Below are positions 44,400 to 49,092 of a stretch of 49,092 bases of DNA, one piece after another. Within the stretch, counting starts at the first letter, position 1, and the number at the start of each line of letters is the position of its first letter. A program made the translations under genes and the position numbers. The stretch is from a virus. The notes under the pieces are model-generated. The model worked only from the letters and a program-made list of their open reading frames with translations. It had not been told where the DNA came from and searched no databases. The stretch lies in the IMG/VR virus record IMGVR_UViG_3300045988_095634; one strand, written 5' to 3'.

Positions 44400-44612
44400 G
44401 TGGGAAGAAAAACAACCAAGACGCCGGAAGAACTGGCGGCGGCCCGCACCAAGTACAAGAACACATGGCAGCGGAAAAACAAGGACCGGATCCCGATCAC
44501 GGTTCCGGCCGGTGACAAAGATCGGATCGCAGCATGGGCCAAGTCAAGAGGCTACCCAAGTACAAACGCATACATAACCGACCTTGTATACAAAGACATG
44601 GGGGAAAGATAA
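44400..44612 (+). CDS. Arc/RHH-like small DNA-binding protein
   Basis: GTG after AGGAGG. RIPITVPAGDKDRIAAWAKSRGYPSTNAYITDLV has a ribbon-helix-helix pattern. Confidence 0.6.
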   Translation: MGRKTTKTPEELAAARTKYKNTWQRKNKDRIPITVPAGDKDRIAAWAKSRGYPSTNAYITDLVYKDMGER

Positions 44613-44911
44613 CACCCGCAGCAATGCGGGGCACTAATGAAGCCGAGGACGGTCCCAAGCCCGTGAAAATTCAGAGGGGTGCGCATAATGAACAGATCAA
44701 GCCCGGTCTGAGTGATAGCTGACAAGTTTTGCTGGTTTTTAATGTGAAAACCTTAAAACGAGACAAGAAGGCAGCAGGCGCCGCAGCCAGTCCCGTGCAA
44801 CCCGTAAACAATAGCCACGCGGCCGAGGAGGCCAGAGAGGAACGGTGATAGCTGCCGAGCTGAGCAGGCTCTATTTCTCGAGCCCTATCGAGAGACGACC
44901 GGGCATAACAA
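44613..44911 (+). other. About 300-nt non-coding stretch, candidate structured RNA or 3' UTR
   Basis: No credible ORF on either strand. Begins with a CCCGCA-gcaa-TGCGGG hairpin (GNRA loop) and has GTGATAGCTG, GCCGAGG and CCCGTG motifs, each duplicated. Ends at a terminator. Confidence 0.3.
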
Positions 44912-44949
44912 AAGCGCCAGAGCCTAAGCCCTGACGCTTTTATTTTTCG
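44912..44949. terminator. Bidirectional terminator hairpin
   Basis: AAGCGCCAG...CTGACGCTT stem with a T-run on the plus strand and TTTT on the minus strand. Lies between the plus-strand cassette and the minus-strand tRNA. Confidence 0.6.
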
Positions 44950-45027
44950 CTATTTCCGCGTGAAGTTTACCACCACGGCGAACACTTTCTTGAAAAAGTA
45001 CACCGGGTTCGGCTTCGCGCCATTGAG

Positions 45028-45112
45028 TGCGGAAGATGGGACTTGAACCCACACGATTGCAATAATCACAAGATCCTTAGTCTTGCTCGTCTGCCAGTTC
45101 CGACACTTCCGC
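45028..45112 (-). tRNA. tRNA-Leu (type II, long variable arm), anticodon read as AAG
   Basis: Minus strand GCGGAAG-TG-...-CAAGA-CTAAGGA-TCTTG-(16-nt variable arm)-GTGGG-TTCAAGT-CCCAT-CTTCCGC-A. 85 nt, no encoded CCA. Confidence 0.85.
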
Positions 45113-45209
45113 ATGTATTTTGTTTTCGCCGCTTGTCTCACGCGACTCGTATATAATATCAGATTGTTTTCAAAAATGCAAGCACTTTTTTCAAAAAAAT
45201 CATATTTTT

Positions 45210-45818
45210 TTACAGACTCTTTTCATAGCACAAAAACGGCTGCCCAAACAGGCTGCATTCACCCACTGTATCAAATCCAAACACTGCATACGAGCGCAGA
45301 GCCTTCACATTGAGCTTGTTGACTAAAAAATGCACACTTTTGTATCCTCTCCTTGCGAGTTCTTCCATCCCAAATACCAGCATTTGTCTCGCAATTTTCT
45401 GATTCTGAAAATCTGGATGAACCGCAAGTCTTGAAAGCTCAGCCCCGGGTGCCAGTTTATGGCTCCAGCAATCAAGCCTCTCCACCTGTGGATCATCATC
45501 AATTGAAATCGCTGCGATAATTCTGTCCTCTTTGCTTCCGGCATCAGCATTAATCTCCTGCCCATCAATCATTACAAACAAAGATTCTCTACCAAGATCA
45601 AACTCAATCTCCTTCATTCCCGGATAAGAATCGTCCCATGGACAAAACTCCCTGCCTAGCTGTATCTTATACAATTTTAAAATTTCTTCTTTATTTTCTT
45701 CTGTAGCTGCTACTATTTTTCTCATTCTGTTTCTCATTTCCTTTATTTTCCCATGTGCATCGTTCTCTTCTGTTACACGATTATCTTTATCATAGACTAT
45801 CTTTGCAACATAGCCCAT
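45210..45818 (-). CDS. GNAT-family N-acetyltransferase
   Basis: Acetyl-CoA motif A: LSRLAVHPDFQNQKIARQMLVFGMEELARRGY. 202 aa. Low-GC region. Confidence 0.8.
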   Translation of the reverse strand: MGYVAKIVYDKDNRVTEENDAHGKIKEMRNRMRKIVAATEENKEEILKLYKIQLGREFCPWDDSYPGMKEIEFDLGRESLFVMIDGQEINADAGSKEDRIIAAISIDDDPQVERLDCWSHKLAPGAELSRLAVHPDFQNQKIARQMLVFGMEELARRGYKSVHFLVNKLNVKALRSYAVFGFDTVGECSLFGQPFLCYEKSL

Positions 45819-46127
45819 CGTTTCTTACTTCCGCAACTAAAAAGTCCATTACAATACACATAACATCTCTGTATATTGTAACGGACTTTTTTCAAACCCA
45901 GACTTGGTGCAAGCACCATTTCTGATAAAAACCTCGAAAGTTTTTGTTCTATGTGCATATATTACCTAATTTCATTCACAAAGTCAATATATTTTCTGCT
46001 AAATTTTCAAATACCATTTATGTTTTGGATTATTATTTTGCCCCTTAATATATTGTATTACCCCACTAATGAATCTATACGCTTCAGCAATAACCTGATT
46101 TTTTTAACTGTTTTGAGATTTATAGTG

Positions 46128-46452
46128 ATTTCAGCTACTTTTTGGGCTGGGTTTGGGAGCTGTTTTGGGGATTTCTGCAGTTTCAGCTACTTTTTCTCGG
46201 CTTTTTTCCAGCTTTTTGGCTGAGTTCGGGAGCTGTTTTGGGGATTTCTGCAGTTTCAGCTACTTTTTCTCGGCTTTTTTCGGCTTTTTGGCTGAGTTTG
46301 GGGAGCTGTTTTGGGGATTTCTGCAGTTTCAGCTACTTTTTGCCGGTTTTTTTCCGGCTTTTGGCTTGGTTTGGAGAGCTGTTTTGGGGATTTCTGCAGT
46401 TTCAGCTACTTTTTGCCGGTTTTTCTCCGGCTTTTGGGCTGAGTTTGGGTTG
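46128..46452. repeat. Tandem repeat array, about 4.5 units of 63-83 bp
   Basis: Core AGCTGTTTTGGGGATTTCTGCAGTTTCAGCTAC at 46158, 46221, 46304 and 46377, plus a partial copy at 46128. The inter-core segments are also mutually similar and differ mainly in T-run lengths. Confidence 0.85.
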
Positions 46453-46848
46453 TTCCTTCTCCACCTCGTCGGTACGAAGTCTGAACTGCCTCTTTTAGCA
46501 TTCTGGCCTGCGCATCTTCTGTGATTCGCTCATGTTTCTCGAGTCCAATAATTCGATCCAACAGGTAATACCAATATTGACTGGACATAATTCCTGAAGA
46601 GGAGGAGTGTTACCTCATTTCTTTGTAAAATGTTCTTCGACTGTTTTGTCTAGGGCTTTCTGCTTCTTTCTGCAATCTGGCAAGCTTCTCCGACATCGTT
46701 TCTGCCTTGTCCATTGAAGTATCTGTGTCGCCATATTCCCGGTGACAAGAAAGATATATCTTATAAAATTTCCGAACCGGATGATGAAAACAGAGTTTAA
46801 AGCACGACCGTTTTACCTTTCAAAGTTTCGATTTTGGAGCTCATTTCC

Positions 46849-48579
46849 TTATTTCACCAGCATCTCATATGTAACCCCATACTTCTGCGCAATCTCGCTT
46901 GCATAGGATTTCCCTTCCGGAGGCGCCACTTCAACCTGATAGGAGCGCTCTGTCCCCTTCATGTGCACGATCATGGAAAACGCTTCCCCATCTGTGTGCT
47001 CTGCCTTCTGCTGCTCTTCATTCATTTCCTCCACATCAAATGCCAGCTTATGCATATGTGTATTATAAATGGTCCTCATTCCCTTATGTAAAATTGCCCT
47101 GACACTGTCCTTGGCAATGTAGTATCCCTCTTCAAACGAAGTGGTAGAAAATGATTCATTCATCAAAAGCAGACTCCTGCTGTCAGCCTCCTCATAGATT
47201 GCCTTAAAACGCTTACATTCTTCCCCAAGCCTTCCTAAATCCAATGTCTTGTCCTCATCAGCTGGGAAATGGGTGTAAATACCTGTAACAGGGGAAAATG
47301 TAAATGCTTTTCCCGGAATATATATGCCACCCTGCGCCAACACAAACAACTGCCCAACAGCCTGTGTAATTGTCGTCTTTCCACCTCGGTTGGCACCTGT
47401 TAAGATGTACACTCTCCTATTCCGGTCGAAATCCATATCATTCGGTACAATATTCCCAGACTCCTCTGTCTCAAAAACAGCAAGCTTTAAATTGTAAATT
47501 CCACGTGCCTGCATCATATACGGATCAGATTCATTTTCTCCCTCTTTATATACAGAAGCTTTAGCAAAGGTAAAGCCCTGTTCCTGCAATTTTTGGATGT
47601 ACTCCGCCCATTTGATATAGTAGAGCAGCTCCGGAATCAAGTCTGTCATGTCGGTAATGGTAATAGAAACATATTTGTTCAGTACTTCTCTGACTCTTTT
47701 CACCATATGGGAAATCATATGGTTGACGATTCGGTCTGTATAACGAGTCACATCCTTTGCCTGATCTCCCTCGGGAAGCTTCACAATGCCACCCCGGCTT
47801 TCCGACCGCATAACAGCTGTATCCATCACCTTCTGCATATGAGTGCTAATCACCGCATCTGCATTCACATCAAACGGCTGAAATTTGAAATTCTTTTTCC
47901 ATATGGTATCCTCATTGATCCGATCCTTTGACGCAATATGGTCATAAAAATTGCCCAGGATTCCGGACTTGGTAAAATATTTGCTGTTCACAGATATCAG
48001 ACCGATTCCGTCCGCTTCAAAGCGGTCATTCAAGTTAATACCTACTGTAATGCTCTTAAGCTGTGAAGTGTCCATTTTCAGTTCTGAGATATCTTTTTTC
48101 AGTTCTGCAAATCCGTTGTCCGCATAGATTTTCTCCACATAGGCTTTTAAACCCAGAAAGCCTGCGGAGTGAATGTCCGAAGCTGCCAGACATGTATGAA
48201 TCGCATCCACACACTTGATATAATCATTAAGCTCGTCCAGCCGATGCAACAGATCCCAGATGCAGGCACTCTCATCATATTCCCGGTTAAAGCTGCCGTA
48301 CTCCCTCAGAAAGCTGATGCGCTCGAGTATTTCCATAAGATCATCACGCATTTTTTTCTGTTGAAGGACATCCTCGAAAATATCGCAGCGGTACTGTGTC
48401 ACCGCCGGATCTGCATATATACGCGCCATCACGTTTTGGATGAAGTTCTGCTCCCGCTCCTTTGCTGACAGCTTTTTGCAGATTTGATCCATCCCCAGAT
48501 CATGCATAGTCACATCACTCAATGTCCGGTATTGTGCATTTGTATCCGGGTATAATAAACTGTATTTTTTCTGACTCAT
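46849..48579 (-). CDS. MutS-domain-V (ABC-type) ATPase lacking a recognisable mismatch-binding domain
   Basis: Walker A GANRGGKTT and Walker B-like LLLMNESFSTTS, with an N-terminal helical region. The likely start is the ATG at 48579, preceded by AGGAGAGG; the track start at 48612 is in frame upstream. Confidence 0.8.
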   Translation of the reverse strand: MSQKKYSLLYPDTNAQYRTLSDVTMHDLGMDQICKKLSAKEREQNFIQNVMARIYADPAVTQYRCDIFEDVLQQKKMRDDLMEILERISFLREYGSFNREYDESACIWDLLHRLDELNDYIKCVDAIHTCLAASDIHSAGFLGLKAYVEKIYADNGFAELKKDISELKMDTSQLKSITVGINLNDRFEADGIGLISVNSKYFTKSGILGNFYDHIASKDRINEDTIWKKNFKFQPFDVNADAVISTHMQKVMDTAVMRSESRGGIVKLPEGDQAKDVTRYTDRIVNHMISHMVKRVREVLNKYVSITITDMTDLIPELLYYIKWAEYIQKLQEQGFTFAKASVYKEGENESDPYMMQARGIYNLKLAVFETEESGNIVPNDMDFDRNRRVYILTGANRGGKTTITQAVGQLFVLAQGGIYIPGKAFTFSPVTGIYTHFPADEDKTLDLGRLGEECKRFKAIYEEADSRSLLLMNESFSTTSFEEGYYIAKDSVRAILHKGMRTIYNTHMHKLAFDVEEMNEEQQKAEHTDGEAFSMIVHMKGTERSYQVEVAPPEGKSYASEIAQKYGVTYEMLVK

Positions 48580-48653
48580 AAGCTTGTCCTCTCCTTCTGA
48601 TCTAATATGCAATTTTGAACGAAATCCGTATAATTTAGCTTACCCCATTTTAA

Positions 48654-49036
48654 TGCGGAAGATGGAGTGCGGAAGATGTGTTGCAAGACGTCCGGAGGAC
48701 GTCTGTTCTGCGCCGACCGAAGCGGAGCGGAGACCTTGGACCCATGGGGCGCCTGCCACGCAACAACCGAAGCCATGCGGAAGATGGGTTGCAAGACGTC
48801 CGGGGGACGTCTGTTCTGCAACGACCGAAGCGGAGCGGAGACCGAGTGAGGTCCGGGGGACCTCATGCCACGAGCCGACCGAGCCGGAGGCGAGACCTTG
48901 AACCATAGGCACCTGCCCCACAACAATCGGAGTCTTGCGGAAGATGGGGCGCAAGACATCCGGGGGATGTCTGCTCTGCGCCGACCGGAGCGGAGCGGAG
49001 ACCTTGGACCCATGGGGACAAGGTCCGCTTCCGCTT
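48654..49036. repeat. GC-rich repeat array (3 units of about 110-160 bp) with internal hairpins
   Basis: TGCGGAAGATG(G/T)G at 48654, 48668, 48776 and 48936. Each unit carries a GACGTCCGG-r-GGACGTC hairpin and a CGGAGCGGAGACC(T)TGGACCCATGGGG-like segment. Confidence 0.85.
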
Positions 49037-49037
49037 C

Positions 49038-49092
49038 TAAAATCAAAAAGGGCTAAGCCCTAAGGCTTAACCCTTTTTAATTTTATAATGCG
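49038..49092. repeat. 55-bp terminal overlap, identical to 1-55
   Basis: Exact duplicate of the first 55 bases of the window. Confidence 0.9.

Noticed and set aside
44655-44725. GGGGTGC ... CTGAGT resemblance to a TPP riboswitch, and CCCGTGAAAAT to a cobalamin riboswitch
   Set aside because: The remaining conserved elements (ACCC pairing and the GAACCTGATC...GCGTAGGGA arm for TPP, and the B12 box for cobalamin) are absent. No regulated gene lies downstream.
46128-46452. Repeat/spacer-like periodicity that could be mistaken for a CRISPR array
   Set aside because: The segments between the conserved cores are themselves homologous to each other, differing mainly by T-run length and small indels. 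Spacing is irregular (63, 83, 73 bp). No cas genes or leader are present. It is a tandem repeat, not a repeat-spacer array.
48576-49056. ORFs on both strands across the GC-rich repeats (for example 156 aa on the minus strand)
   Set aside because: The predicted proteins merely restate the DNA repeat (SAPLRS.QNRRPPDVLQ.IFR three times). Several frames are open simultaneously because of high GC content, and no ribosome binding site is present.

Overview
The first 55 bases (1-55) are identical to the last 55 (49038-49092). This is the usual signature of a circular de Bruijn assembly, so the window looks like one complete circular element of about 49,037 bp. Its content is a temperate, contractile-tailed (PBSX/P2-like tail, lambda-like head) phage of a Gram-positive, Clostridia-type host (AGGAGG ribosome binding sites throughout).

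Layout:
- Minus-strand lysogeny block: XRE repressor, a DUF4236/TM2 membrane protein and a large serine integrase (46-2674).
- Cro-like switch with repeated CTTACGC operators.
- Plus-strand early/replication module (3.1-19.2 kb): DnaQ-like exonuclease, ERF annealase, SSB, replisome organizer, DnaC-like loader, RecU, ASCH, a SprT-like protein and four DNA methyltransferases.
- Late promoter and a T-poor putative cos region.
- Lambda-type packaging/head genes (20.4-27.6 kb) and myovirus tail/baseplate genes (28-39.4 kb).
- Lysis module (41.8-44 kb).
- Low-GC minus-strand cargo block (45-49 kb): tRNA-Leu, GNAT acetyltransferase, a degenerate tandem-repeat locus, a MutS-domain-V ATPase and GC-rich repeats.

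The main discovery is a complete diversity-generating retroelement (DGR): tail-fibre VR, avd, TR, then reverse transcriptase at 38.1-41.4 kb. It has a second, remote variable repeat in a small non-structural gene in the early region (8346-8975). Every TR/VR mismatch lies at a TR adenine.

Other notable points:
- The three G runs of 8 or more that I saw all sit inside methyltransferase genes, and two of them break a C5-methyltransferase into frames.
- The tRNA-Leu has an A34 (AAG) anticodon.
- GC-rich repeats near the integrase each begin with the 3' terminal 13-mer of that tRNA.
- GATC appears over-represented in the phage body.

All function calls come from motif recognition by eye. No database searches were run.
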